The notes under the pieces: generated by a model
The model's database searches: none
Told to the model about the DNA's origin: nothing
What the model saw: only the letters and a program-made list of their open reading frames with translations
Translations under genes and position numbers: made by a program
DNA from: Candidatus Shapirobacteria bacterium
Lineage (GTDB): Bacteria > Patescibacteriota > Microgenomatia > UBA12405
Assembly (NCBI GenBank): GCA_016188545.1
Contig: JACPHO010000001.1
Span: forward strand, 483,324 to 547,323
Length of the DNA stretch: 64,000 bases
Direction: 5' to 3'
Shown: positions 28,907 to 37,204 of the stretch, piece by piece
Layout of the letters: every line of letters starts with the position of its first letter
Numbering within the stretch: position 1 is the stretch's first letter

Positions 28907-30121
28907 ATGGCCCGAATATTACTAATCACTCACATTTCCCCACCTGCCGTTGATGGTGGATCTAGAGTTATCCACAAAGTAGGGGAGTATCTTGAACGCA
29001 GTGGACATGAAGTAGCCTCACTCAGTAGTGACGCCAGCTCCACTGATGACTTCTCCCACCCGTATTCTAAAGTTCCAAAGCTCCAAAGTTCTAAAGCTCT
29101 ATATTTTCGTCTTCCTGTCTACACAATTTTTCACCGCCCATTAAAATTACTCTCTCGACTCCTTCCTATTTTTAATGTCTTCGCCAAAGGTCCTGTCTTT
29201 AAAATTATTCCCTTTTTAAAATTTTTGACTTTTTACCTCCGATTTAAGCCTGACTATATTATTGCCGGACCACTCCCAACCACCATCGCCCTCTATGCCA
29301 ATTTTCTAAAATTTCTATCTAAAACTCTAACGTTCCACAGTACTAAAGTTCTAATAAACTCTTCCTTTCATCCTACCGACAAAGATTTCCACAACCCACT
29401 TTTAATTCAAGCTCTCAAATCCTTCGATTTTCTCTGGACTCTAACCGACTATGAAACAAATTATTTTCATCAGCATTTTGGAATACCATTGTCCAAAATG
29501 ATAAACGTGGGTAATGGCGTCGATAGTTCCCTTTTAACTAAAGCTCCAAAGCTCCATAGTTCTAAAGCTCCAAAGCTCATTTTCCTTGGTTCTTTCGCCT
29601 CCCACAAAGGCATCGAAACTATTATTGATGCCTTTATTGTTTTAACTAAAGATCTAAAGTTCAAAAGTTCTAAAGAACTAACACTGACTCTTGCCGGTCA
29701 ACCCACTCTATATTCCTCATTTATCGAAAGTAAGATCAAAAAACTTCCACAAAAGGTTCGTTCTCGAATTAATGTAGTTTATAAATTCAAAACTAAAGAT
29801 CTAAAGTTCCTCCTCGACCAGAGCTCTGTCTTAATTTCTGCTTCATCCCAAGAAAGTTTTGGCATAGTCCTACTTGAGGCCATGGCCAGAGGTGTCCCCG
29901 TTATTGGCTCGGACATCCCCGCCACTTCCGAACTGATTCGTCGATCAGGTGCCGGCCTAACCTTTAAAACAGGAGATCCTGTCGATTTGGTTAAAAAAAT
30001 TATTTTTCTAAATATTTCCAAAGATCTAAAGCTCTATAGTTCCAAAGGGCGAAGCTATGCTTCCAATCATACTTGGGATAGAATAGGAGAGTCACTATGG
30101 CAAAAAATATCATCCTCATAA
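28907..30121 (+). CDS. Glycosyltransferase family 4 carrying six octamer-repeat insertions
   Basis: GNGVD, KG...I.AF, ESFGIVLLEAMARGVPVIGSD; repeat-derived peptides SKVPKLQSSKAL, SKTLTFHSTKVL, TKAPKLHSSKAPKL, TKDLKFKSSKEL, TKDLKF, SKDLKLYSSK. Confidence 0.9.
   Translation: MARILLITHISPPAVDGGSRVIHKVGEYLERSGHEVASLSSDASSTDDFSHPYSKVPKLQSSKALYFRLPVYTIFHRPLKLLSRLLPIFNVFAKGPVFKIIPFLKFLTFYLRFKPDYIIAGPLPTTIALYANFLKFLSKTLTFHSTKVLINSSFHPTDKDFHNPLLIQALKSFDFLWTLTDYETNYFHQHFGIPLSKMINVGNGVDSSLLTKAPKLHSSKAPKLIFLGSFASHKGIETIIDAFIVLTKDLKFKSSKELTLTLAGQPTLYSSFIESKIKKLPQKVRSRINVVYKFKTKDLKFLLDQSSVLISASSQESFGIVLLEAMARGVPVIGSDIPATSELIRRSGAGLTFKTGDPVDLVKKIIFLNISKDLKLYSSKGRSYASNHTWDRIGESLWQKISSS
29065..29103 (+). repeat. 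Octamer array in GT4 CDS
   Basis: TTCTAAA GTTCCAAA GCTCCAAA GTTCTAAA GCTCTATA. Confidence 0.9.
29318..29355 (+). repeat. Octamer array in GT4 CDS
   Basis: TCTAAA ACTCTAAC GTTCCACA GTACTAAA GTTCTAAT. Confidence 0.8.
29537..29578 (+). repeat. Octamer array in GT4 CDS
   Basis: ACTAAA GCTCCAAA GCTCCATA GTTCTAAA GCTCCAAA GCTC. Confidence 0.9.
29645..29682 (+). repeat. Octamer array in GT4 CDS
   Basis: ACTAAA GATCTAAA GTTCAAAA GTTCTAAA GAACTAAC. Confidence 0.88.
29792..29810 (+). repeat. Short octamer array in GT4 CDS
   Basis: ACTAAA GATCTAAA GTTCC. Confidence 0.65.
30016..30046 (+). repeat. Octamer array in GT4 CDS
   Basis: TTCCAAA GATCTAAA GCTCTATA GTTCCAAA. Confidence 0.85.
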
Positions 30122-30558
30122 TCGCTCTTGGCATATTTTCGTTCATTATATATCGAACTTTTTTCGTAAATATTCCTCTTCAAAAAGCCAATGTAAATAT
30201 AAAAGGCCAAGAATATACACTGGAAATCGCTTCGACTATATCTCAAAAATCAAAAGGTCTAATGAAACGAAATTCACTATGTTCAAACTGTGGCATGATC
30301 TTCGTCTCCGAAGCTCCTAGCGAACAAATCTTTTGGATGAAAAATACCCTAATTCCCCTTGATATTATTTTCCTTGATCCTGATGGAAAAGTTATCAATA
30401 TCGAGAGTGCTGTACCCCAACCATCTGTTCCCGATCTACAACTTAAGCTGTACCGTAGCACCGCACCGTCACAATTTGTCATCGAACTAAACAGTGGCGA
30501 AGCTAAAAAACTAAACCTTGTTCCAGGTGATGTAATTAATGTACCTTCTGGAATGTGA
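30097..30558 (+). CDS. DUF192 domain protein
   Basis: GLM.R..L....GMIF, FWMKNT.IPLDIIF, FVIELNSG. Confidence 0.9.
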   Translation: MAKNIILIIALGIFSFIIYRTFFVNIPLQKANVNIKGQEYTLEIASTISQKSKGLMKRNSLCSNCGMIFVSEAPSEQIFWMKNTLIPLDIIFLDPDGKVINIESAVPQPSVPDLQLKLYRSTAPSQFVIELNSGEAKKLNLVPGDVINVPSGM

Positions 30559-31484
30559 CCAACAAACCAAAAGCTCTAAAGCTCCAAAGTTCTAAAGTCC
30601 CATACTTTAGTATTGTTATTCCCAACTACAACGGTGCTGCCTTTATAGAACCGTGTTTATTGGCTCTTAAAAAAGCCATATCCCAATGCCCTAGTTCACT
30701 TTTTGAAATAATCCTGGTCGATAACGGCTCCACTGACACAAGCACAGATATTTTTATCAAAGTTCTTAGTTCATTGAAAATTGAAAATTCCTGCCTGCCG
30801 GCAGGCAGGGTAAATTTGAAAATTATTCGTCTCCAGACGAATCATGGTTTTGCCACCGCAGTCAACAAAGGCATCGTCGCCTCAAAATACGATTATGTCT
30901 GTGTACTCAATAACGATCTAAACCTTGAACCAAACTGGTTTGATCATATTTCCAAAGCGATAACAAATAATCCCAATTTCTCAACTTTCTGTGGCACTGT
31001 ACTATCCTATGACGGATCAAAGATTGAGTCTCAAGGACTTCGCTATTTTATGTCTGGTCGCTGCGAAAACATAAATAATGGAAAGCCCTTCTCAACTAAA
31101 GTTCTAAAGCTCAAAAGTTCTAAAGTTCCAGTCTGGGGTAGCTCTGCCGCTGTAGTTGTCTACCAAAAGTCAGCCATAACCAAAGTCGGCCTGTTTGACG
31201 AATCATTCTTTGCTTATATTGAAGACGTTGATTTGGCTTATCGCCTCCAAAAAAGTGGCTTCAAAAGCTTACTAATCCCCAAGGCAATTTCCTATCATAT
31301 GGGTGGTCGAACCAGCGACAGTATGGGTACACTCCGCCAATACTACACCCTACGCAATTGGATAAAGTTAATTACAAAAAATTATTCAAAGAGAGAATTA
31401 GTTACCAACTTACCATCAATCTCGATCGAAAGACTACGCAATCTATCGTATTTGATCCGATCTTCTCTTATAATTAAACAATAA
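30555..31484 (+). CDS. Glycosyltransferase family 2 carrying repeat and palindrome insertions
   Basis: SIVIPNYNG, VDNGSTD, N.GFA.AVN.G, LNND, FDESFFAYIEDVDL; inserted peptides KALKLQSSKVP, LKIENSCLPAGRVNLKI, TKVLKLKSSKVP. Confidence 0.9.
   Translation: MTNKPKALKLQSSKVPYFSIVIPNYNGAAFIEPCLLALKKAISQCPSSLFEIILVDNGSTDTSTDIFIKVLSSLKIENSCLPAGRVNLKIIRLQTNHGFATAVNKGIVASKYDYVCVLNNDLNLEPNWFDHISKAITNNPNFSTFCGTVLSYDGSKIESQGLRYFMSGRCENINNGKPFSTKVLKLKSSKVPVWGSSAAVVVYQKSAITKVGLFDESFFAYIEDVDLAYRLQKSGFKSLLIPKAISYHMGGRTSDSMGTLRQYYTLRNWIKLITKNYSKRELVTNLPSISIERLRNLSYLIRSSLIIKQ
30567..30604 (+). repeat. Octamer array at GT2 N-terminus
   Basis: CCAAAA GCTCTAAA GCTCCAAA GTTCTAAA GTCCCATA. Confidence 0.88.
30774..30824. 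repeat. 7-bp GAAAATT repeat interrupted by perfect 20-bp palindrome CCTGCCTGCCGGCAGGCAGG (30790-30809)
   Basis: TT GAAAATT GAAAATT [CCTGCCTGCCGGCAGGCAGG] GTAAATT T GAAAATT; GC-rich palindrome in AT-rich gene, encodes SCLPAGR. Confidence 0.9.
31095..31130 (+). repeat. Octamer array in GT2 CDS
   Basis: ACTAAA GTTCTAAA GCTCAAAA GTTCTAAA GTTCCA. Confidence 0.9.
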
Positions 31485-31487
31485 TAT

Positions 31488-32630
31488 ATGATTATCGGTA
31501 TTGACGTTTCCGCAATTCCCTATGGCACCGGAGTCAGTAATTACACTTCAAATCTGGTCCGTAACCTTGTTTTAATAGATCATAAAAATCAATACAAACT
31601 GTTTTTCTCCTCACTTCGCCAACCGCTACCTCTAGAAATTAGTGAGCTAATTAAATACAAAAACGTCACCATATACCATCATTACTTACCACCAACTCTT
31701 CTATCATATCTTTGGAATGATCTTCATATACTTCCAATTGAAATGTTTATTGGTCGCTGCGACGTGTTTCACACCTGGGACTGGACTCATCCTCCCACAA
31801 CCAAAGCTAAGACCATCACCACTGTCCACGACTTTGTACCTTTTCTATTTCCAGAAGATCAACACCCCCGTACAATTGCTACTTTTAAAAAGAAACTCTC
31901 ACATGCTGCCCGGGAATGTCTCCATTTTATCTGTGTTTCTCAAAGCACCAAAGATGACCTAACTCGGATTTTCCCAGGCATTAGTCTCGATAAAATATCT
32001 GTCATTTATGAAGCTGCTGAAAAAAAGTTTGACCAATTTCACAAACTGTCTCTAAAAGATCGTCAACAAAAAATTGCCAAAATTCACCAACAATACGGGT
32101 TATCTAACTTTATTCTAACCCAAGGCACTCGTGAGCCCCGTAAAAATTTGCACCGACTTATCAAAGCTTTTACTTTATTCAAAAAAGAGCATCCCACCTC
32201 AAAAGTCGAACTGGCCATCTCCGGAAAGTACGGCTGGGGAGAAGATGTCTCTCCACCGGGGGACAACTCCGTCAAAGTACTTGGCTATATTCCTGAAAAA
32301 GATTTGGTAGCCCTCCATGCCAGTGCCCTTTGCCTGGCATACCCCAGTACTTACGAAGGTTTTGGTTTGCCCATTATCAAATCGATGAAGGTTGGTACTC
32401 CGGTCATCACTAGTAACCTCTCCTCACTCGCTGAAGTCGCCGGACTGGCTGCTCTCCTTGTCAACCCCACTAGCACCAAGGAACTAACCGACGCTATTAC
32501 CAAAATCGTTAATTCACCCACACTTAGGAGAACCCTTATAAATCGAGGTTACCGCCAAGCAGCCAAATTTTCTTGGACTAAAACCGCTTCACAAACCCTG
32601 GCAATTTATGAAAAAGTCGCCTCACAATAA
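31488..32630 (+). CDS. Glycosyltransferase family 4 (MtfB-like)
   Basis: TGV.NY, TVHD, GTREPRKN, YPSTYEGFGLPI. Confidence 0.92.
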   Translation: MIIGIDVSAIPYGTGVSNYTSNLVRNLVLIDHKNQYKLFFSSLRQPLPLEISELIKYKNVTIYHHYLPPTLLSYLWNDLHILPIEMFIGRCDVFHTWDWTHPPTTKAKTITTVHDFVPFLFPEDQHPRTIATFKKKLSHAARECLHFICVSQSTKDDLTRIFPGISLDKISVIYEAAEKKFDQFHKLSLKDRQQKIAKIHQQYGLSNFILTQGTREPRKNLHRLIKAFTLFKKEHPTSKVELAISGKYGWGEDVSPPGDNSVKVLGYIPEKDLVALHASALCLAYPSTYEGFGLPIIKSMKVGTPVITSNLSSLAEVAGLAALLVNPTSTKELTDAITKIVNSPTLRRTLINRGYRQAAKFSWTKTASQTLAIYEKVASQ

Positions 32631-32653
32631 TATGTTAAGCAAATAATTATTAT

Positions 32654-32692
32654 TTCTAAAGATCTATAGCACTAAAGCTCTAGAGCACCAAT
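32654..32692 (+). repeat. Octamer array, intergenic, ending 2 nt before ATG 32695
   Basis: TTCTAAA GATCTATA GCACTAAA GCTCTAGA GCACCAAT. Confidence 0.85.
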
Positions 32693-32694
32693 CA

Positions 32695-33804
32695 ATGAAC
32701 ATTGGAATAGATGCCAACGAAGCCAACCTGACCGTCCGTGTCGGAGTCGGTCAGTATGCATTCAATGTCATTTGGGAACTTTACCGTCAGGACCAAAAAA
32801 ATACTTATCATGTTTACTTAAAACAACCACCCCTCTTAGATATGCCTGTGCAAAGGGAAAACTGGCACTATCACGTCTTTGGTCCGCAAAAGTTATGGAC
32901 TATTATCGGTCTACCTCTAAGGCTCTTCACTCAATCAATAAAACTGGATATCTTCTGGTCACCTAGTCATTATTCACCACGATTTTCCCCGGTTCCCACC
33001 ATTCCTACCATTCATGACTTGGGTTACCTCCAATCCCTTGATCAGTTTAATTCTAAAGATATCTATCAACTAGTAAATTGGACTAAGCATTCACTTTACA
33101 AAGCCCACCACATCGTGGCCGTCTCCGAATTTACCAAGAGTGAAATCAATCGTATCTATAATATTGATTTAAAAAAGATAACTGTAGTACCCAATGGAGT
33201 AGGGGAAATCCCGATTACTTCTGACAAAGATTTTAGTAATGTGAAGAAAAAATTCGGCATTGCCAATCCATACTTCCTCTATCTAGGAACCCTCAAACCA
33301 AACAAGAACATTCCATTCCTAATAAATTCCTTCTCTGAATTTCTAAAGCTCCAAAGCTCTAAAGTTCACCAGTACCAATTAGTTATCGCCGGTAAAAAAG
33401 GCTGGCAGTACGATTCTATTTTTTCTCAGGTAACCGCAAGAGAATTGGAAAAATCTGTCATCTTTACCGATTATATTAGTGAACTAGAAAAGTGGACACT
33501 CTATAAAAACGCCATCGCATCGGTACTTCCTAGCACCTACGAAGGTTTTGGTATTCCAGCCATAGAGAGCCAAAAGTCAAAAGTTCCCGTCATCGCCAGT
33601 GACATTCCCTCATACCGAGAAGTTCTTTTAGATTCTGCCATTATTATTGACCCGACTAGTACTTCTTCCCTAACCCAAGCCATGATCGATATCCAATCCC
33701 CGCCACTTCGCAAAAAACTAATAGTCCTGGGAACAATCCAAGCCAACCATTACACCTGGGCAGCTTCAGCCCAAAAGCTTATTAAGACGTTCAATAAGGT
33801 ATAA
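32695..33804 (+). CDS. Glycosyltransferase family 4 (MtfB-like)
   Basis: IGIDANEAN...RVGVGQY, TIHDL, GTLKPNKN, PSTYEGFGIP; repeat peptide LKLQSSKV. Confidence 0.92.
   Translation: MNIGIDANEANLTVRVGVGQYAFNVIWELYRQDQKNTYHVYLKQPPLLDMPVQRENWHYHVFGPQKLWTIIGLPLRLFTQSIKLDIFWSPSHYSPRFSPVPTIPTIHDLGYLQSLDQFNSKDIYQLVNWTKHSLYKAHHIVAVSEFTKSEINRIYNIDLKKITVVPNGVGEIPITSDKDFSNVKKKFGIANPYFLYLGTLKPNKNIPFLINSFSEFLKLQSSKVHQYQLVIAGKKGWQYDSIFSQVTARELEKSVIFTDYISELEKWTLYKNAIASVLPSTYEGFGIPAIESQKSKVPVIASDIPSYREVLLDSAIIIDPTSTSSLTQAMIDIQSPPLRKKLIVLGTIQANHYTWAASAQKLIKTFNKV
33341..33367 (+). repeat. Octamer array in GT4 CDS
   Basis: TTCTAAA GCTCCAAA GCTCTAAA GTTC. Confidence 0.8.
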
Positions 33805-33811
33805 TTCAACT

Positions 33812-34405
33812 ATGAATGAGTACGTTGGTCAAAAAGTAAATTTGAGCAACATTATCCCCAAAACTATCAATCGTCTGATGACTATTGGATTAGAGTTTTG
33901 GCTCTACATCCTCCGCCTTGTTGGTTATATCCCTAGTCATCTTATTCGCAAATTTTTCTACAACCTCTCGGGAATGGATCTCCCCCTCGACTCCACCATT
34001 CACCTCGGAGCCAATTTTTTTAATCCTAGTGGTATTAAGATCGGTCATGATTCCATCATTGGTAGTCGTTGTTTTCTCGACGGCCGGGCAGCCCTCACTA
34101 TCGGCAACCACAGTAGTCTGGCATCTGAGGTCATGATCTACAACGACGAACACAACATCCACTCCAATACCTACGATAATTCATTCGGCCCAGTTACTAT
34201 CGGCGATTATGTCTTTGTCGGACCCCGTTCGATTATTTTACCTAACGTTACTATTGGTAACGGCGCAGTTATTGCTGCCGGAGCAGTGGTAACAAAAGAT
34301 GTCCCAGCTTTTGAAGTATGGGGCGGAGTCCCTGCCAAAAAGATCTCCGATCGTCGCATAAAAAAACCCAGTTACAACCTTGGACGAGTGATGCTCTTTC
34401 AATAA
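33812..34405 (+). CDS. Hexapeptide-repeat (LbH) acyltransferase
   Basis: VTIGDYVFVGPRSIILPNVTIGNGAVIAAGAVVTKDV...GGVPAK. Confidence 0.92.
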   Translation: MNEYVGQKVNLSNIIPKTINRLMTIGLEFWLYILRLVGYIPSHLIRKFFYNLSGMDLPLDSTIHLGANFFNPSGIKIGHDSIIGSRCFLDGRAALTIGNHSSLASEVMIYNDEHNIHSNTYDNSFGPVTIGDYVFVGPRSIILPNVTIGNGAVIAAGAVVTKDVPAFEVWGGVPAKKISDRRIKKPSYNLGRVMLFQ

Positions 34406-34406
34406 C

Positions 34407-34946
34407 ATGAATAAAGTTCTGATAATCTTTTTGGTATTTTTCAATATATTAGCTGTCGCTTATTTGTCGGTTCCTCTTCCGCACATTCCTGAGCTCACTA
34501 ATTCAGTCCGCTCAACGCTCCCTGGTGACACTACTCAGCTAGTAAATGTCTCTGGTTTCTTTACCAACCTTTCTCGAACAGAAGTGATTACTTTCTACAA
34601 AGCCAACCTTAATGGCCCAATGCGAATTCAACTAAATCACCCTCCCGAAAAGTCTAAAGAAGTCATCACCGATACCATTCAAAGCTATTATCTCGAAGAA
34701 TTTGTCTTTCCTTTCAAAGGCTCAGTTTTTATCAATGGCTACGATTGGCAAAATGATGTCTTCACCAAACCGGAAAAGCGTATCGCCAACAAATTGATCT
34801 ATAACGGGGCAGAGTACCAATCAAAAATTACCGTCAAAACATACCCCACCACCCTCCCGCAGAGATTGATTGGATTTTTTGGAAGCGAACTATTATTACT
34901 CGCCATTTTTTGGTGTTATCGCAGTTTCCTCACAAAACATGAATAA
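34407..34946 (+). CDS. Hypothetical membrane-anchored protein
   Basis: N- and C-terminal hydrophobic segments, within operon. Confidence 0.7.
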   Translation: MNKVLIIFLVFFNILAVAYLSVPLPHIPELTNSVRSTLPGDTTQLVNVSGFFTNLSRTEVITFYKANLNGPMRIQLNHPPEKSKEVITDTIQSYYLEEFVFPFKGSVFINGYDWQNDVFTKPEKRIANKLIYNGAEYQSKITVKTYPTTLPQRLIGFFGSELLLLAIFWCYRSFLTKHE

Positions 34947-35829
34947 ACCCATCCTCTCAATCATCATCGTCAACTGGAATACTGCCGATATTACCGTCGA
35001 TTGTATCAAGTCTATATTTACCGATAAGGGTCTAAAAGAGACCCCTTACGAGATAATCATGGTCGACAATGCCAGCACCGATGATAGTGTTGCTAAGGTA
35101 AAAAAACTCAAAGGACCAATTAAAATAATAGTCAATAAAGAAAACATTGGTTTTGGTCGAGCCAACAACCAAGGTTTAGAAATCTCCCAAGGAAATTATA
35201 TTCTCCTCCTTAATACTGACACTCTCATTCTTCATAGTGCCATTAGCCAGTCGCTTGATTGGCTTAGTAGCCACCCCGAGAGTTATGGTTGCACCGCCCA
35301 GCTTCTCAATAAAGACAAAACCATCCAACCCAGCGGCGGTTACTTTCCCAACATTAGGAATATCTCTTCTCTGCTACTCCATCTGGACGACCTGCCTTTT
35401 GTTAATTCCCTAACTCCCCCTTACCACCCACATTCTCCCGACTTTTATACTCATGACAAATACTATCTCAAAGATCATCCCCAAGATTGGGTAACCGGTG
35501 CATTTATGTTGGTGCGTCGCGAAATGATTACCAAGGTCAGAGGTTTCAATCCGGACTTTTTTATGTACGGGGAAGAAATGGAAATGTGTTACCGCATCCA
35601 CCAACAGTTTCCCACCCTTCAACTTTGGTATCTAGTCAGTCCCCAAATAATTCACTTGGGCGGAGCCTCTTCTACCAGTAAACAAATTATTTATGACCGG
35701 GAATATGAAGGTATCATCATGTTTTTCCGAATGCATCGATCCCGTCTTGAACAGTGGCTTTTAAAATACCTCATATCCATCAATCGTTTTCTCCAGTTAC
35801 ATCTTTACAAATATTTACGCCGTGTTTAA
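34939..35829 (+). CDS. Glycosyltransferase family 2 (WbbL/rhamnosyltransferase-like)
   Basis: SIIIVNWNT, VDNASTD, N.GFGRANN.G, LLNTD, WVTGAF, FFMYGEE. Confidence 0.9.
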   Translation: MNKPILSIIIVNWNTADITVDCIKSIFTDKGLKETPYEIIMVDNASTDDSVAKVKKLKGPIKIIVNKENIGFGRANNQGLEISQGNYILLLNTDTLILHSAISQSLDWLSSHPESYGCTAQLLNKDKTIQPSGGYFPNIRNISSLLLHLDDLPFVNSLTPPYHPHSPDFYTHDKYYLKDHPQDWVTGAFMLVRREMITKVRGFNPDFFMYGEEMEMCYRIHQQFPTLQLWYLVSPQIIHLGGASSTSKQIIYDREYEGIIMFFRMHRSRLEQWLLKYLISINRFLQLHLYKYLRRV

Positions 35830-37204
35830 AAGATTCTCTATTCTACGCCCCATCTTAGCGGTACTGATTATTTTCATTCCTCTGTATCCAAAATTTCCTC
35901 TGGCCTCAGTCACCGGCACTTATGTTGCTATCCGTTTGGACGATATTATCGTCAGTGTGGCCCTTCTATTTTGGCTTATTTATCAAATTCGCCACAAATT
36001 TCCAGTATTACGCGAACCGGTTACCAAGCTTTTTGTCGCCTATCTTTTGGCCATAATTATAAGTTTTGTCAATGCCTATTTCATCAATCAAACCGAACCT
36101 ACCAATATTCTATTGTTCCATTTACTTCGCCGCTTTGAATACATCTCTTTGTTTTTCTTAACTATTTCTACCACCAAAGAATACCCTCACCTCAGAGAAT
36201 TCTATATATTCCTTGCCTTGGCCACAGCCGGTGTACTGGCTTACGGATTTGGTCAAAAATATTATAGTCTGCCAGTCATCTCCACCATGAATTCCGAGTT
36301 TAGTAAAGGTCAACTACTCCAAATGGACAACTGGACCAGAATTAGTTCGACATTTGCCGGACACTATGACCTGGCAGCTTTTTTAAGTATCGTTCTGGTC
36401 TTAATCGGGGGAGTTATCATTACTCAAAAGAACATATGGTTAAAGATTATCAATATAATTCTATGGCTTTTATCTTTCCAGGTTCTAACCCTAACTGCTT
36501 CCAGAGTCTCAATTTTTGCTTTCTACGGTGGCATGTGTTTGGCAATACTTTTACTTAAAAAATATTTTTGGATTGTCCCGGTTACCATTGTTTTTGCTTT
36601 TAGCCTCTCCAACTCCAAGGATCTCAATCAACGACTTCTCGCCACCATTCCTGCTCTAAAAAATCAATTCTTCCCACTCCCAAAACCAACCGCCACCCCC
36701 GTCCTCGTCGTCCTTCCAACCACTCCGCCAGTAGCTGTAGTCGTCACCCCTATTATCGTTAAGATAACTCCACTCCCAACTATTATCCGCAAAGGTCCGA
36801 TTGAAGAGCAAATCCCCATAGACACCGACGTTGGAGTTGCCCGTTCTGGTGAAATTCGTTTCAACGCCGAATGGCCCCGGGCAATTACTGCCTTTAAGAA
36901 GAACGTCCTCTTTGGTACCGGCCTTGGTTCCATCACTTTAGCTACTGACAATGATTATCTGCGCTTATTGGGTGAAAGCGGCTCAGTCGGGTTTATTACA
37001 TTTATGTTAATTTTTGTGTACTTTACCATCCGTACAATCAAAAACCGCTCCAGTCCTGCCATAATTTTCTTCGCTGCCATGATTACCTTTATGATCAATG
37101 CCACTCTAATTGACGTCTTTGAGGCATCAAAAGCCGCCTATTTATTTTGGATCATGATGGGTTTCTATTACCAGGTCTTAAACCAAAAAAAAGTTACTAA
37201 ATGA
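35822..37204 (+). CDS. O-antigen ligase/polymerase-like (Wzy_C) membrane protein
   Basis: Multiple TM helices, LTASR, GTGLGS...DN.YLR.LGE.G..G; Pro/Thr-rich loop. Confidence 0.75.
   Translation: MFKRFSILRPILAVLIIFIPLYPKFPLASVTGTYVAIRLDDIIVSVALLFWLIYQIRHKFPVLREPVTKLFVAYLLAIIISFVNAYFINQTEPTNILLFHLLRRFEYISLFFLTISTTKEYPHLREFYIFLALATAGVLAYGFGQKYYSLPVISTMNSEFSKGQLLQMDNWTRISSTFAGHYDLAAFLSIVLVLIGGVIITQKNIWLKIINIILWLLSFQVLTLTASRVSIFAFYGGMCLAILLLKKYFWIVPVTIVFAFSLSNSKDLNQRLLATIPALKNQFFPLPKPTATPVLVVLPTTPPVAVVVTPIIVKITPLPTIIRKGPIEEQIPIDTDVGVARSGEIRFNAEWPRAITAFKKNVLFGTGLGSITLATDNDYLRLLGESGSVGFITFMLIFVYFTIRTIKNRSSPAIIFFAAMITFMINATLIDVFEASKAAYLFWIMMGFYYQVLNQKKVTK

Noticed and set aside
28907-33367. Octamer arrays as a CRISPR array or DGR template/variable repeat
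   Set aside because: No 23-47 bp repeats with unique spacers, no cas or reverse transcriptase gene in the window, and no ~100-bp repeat pair differing only at adenines was seen.
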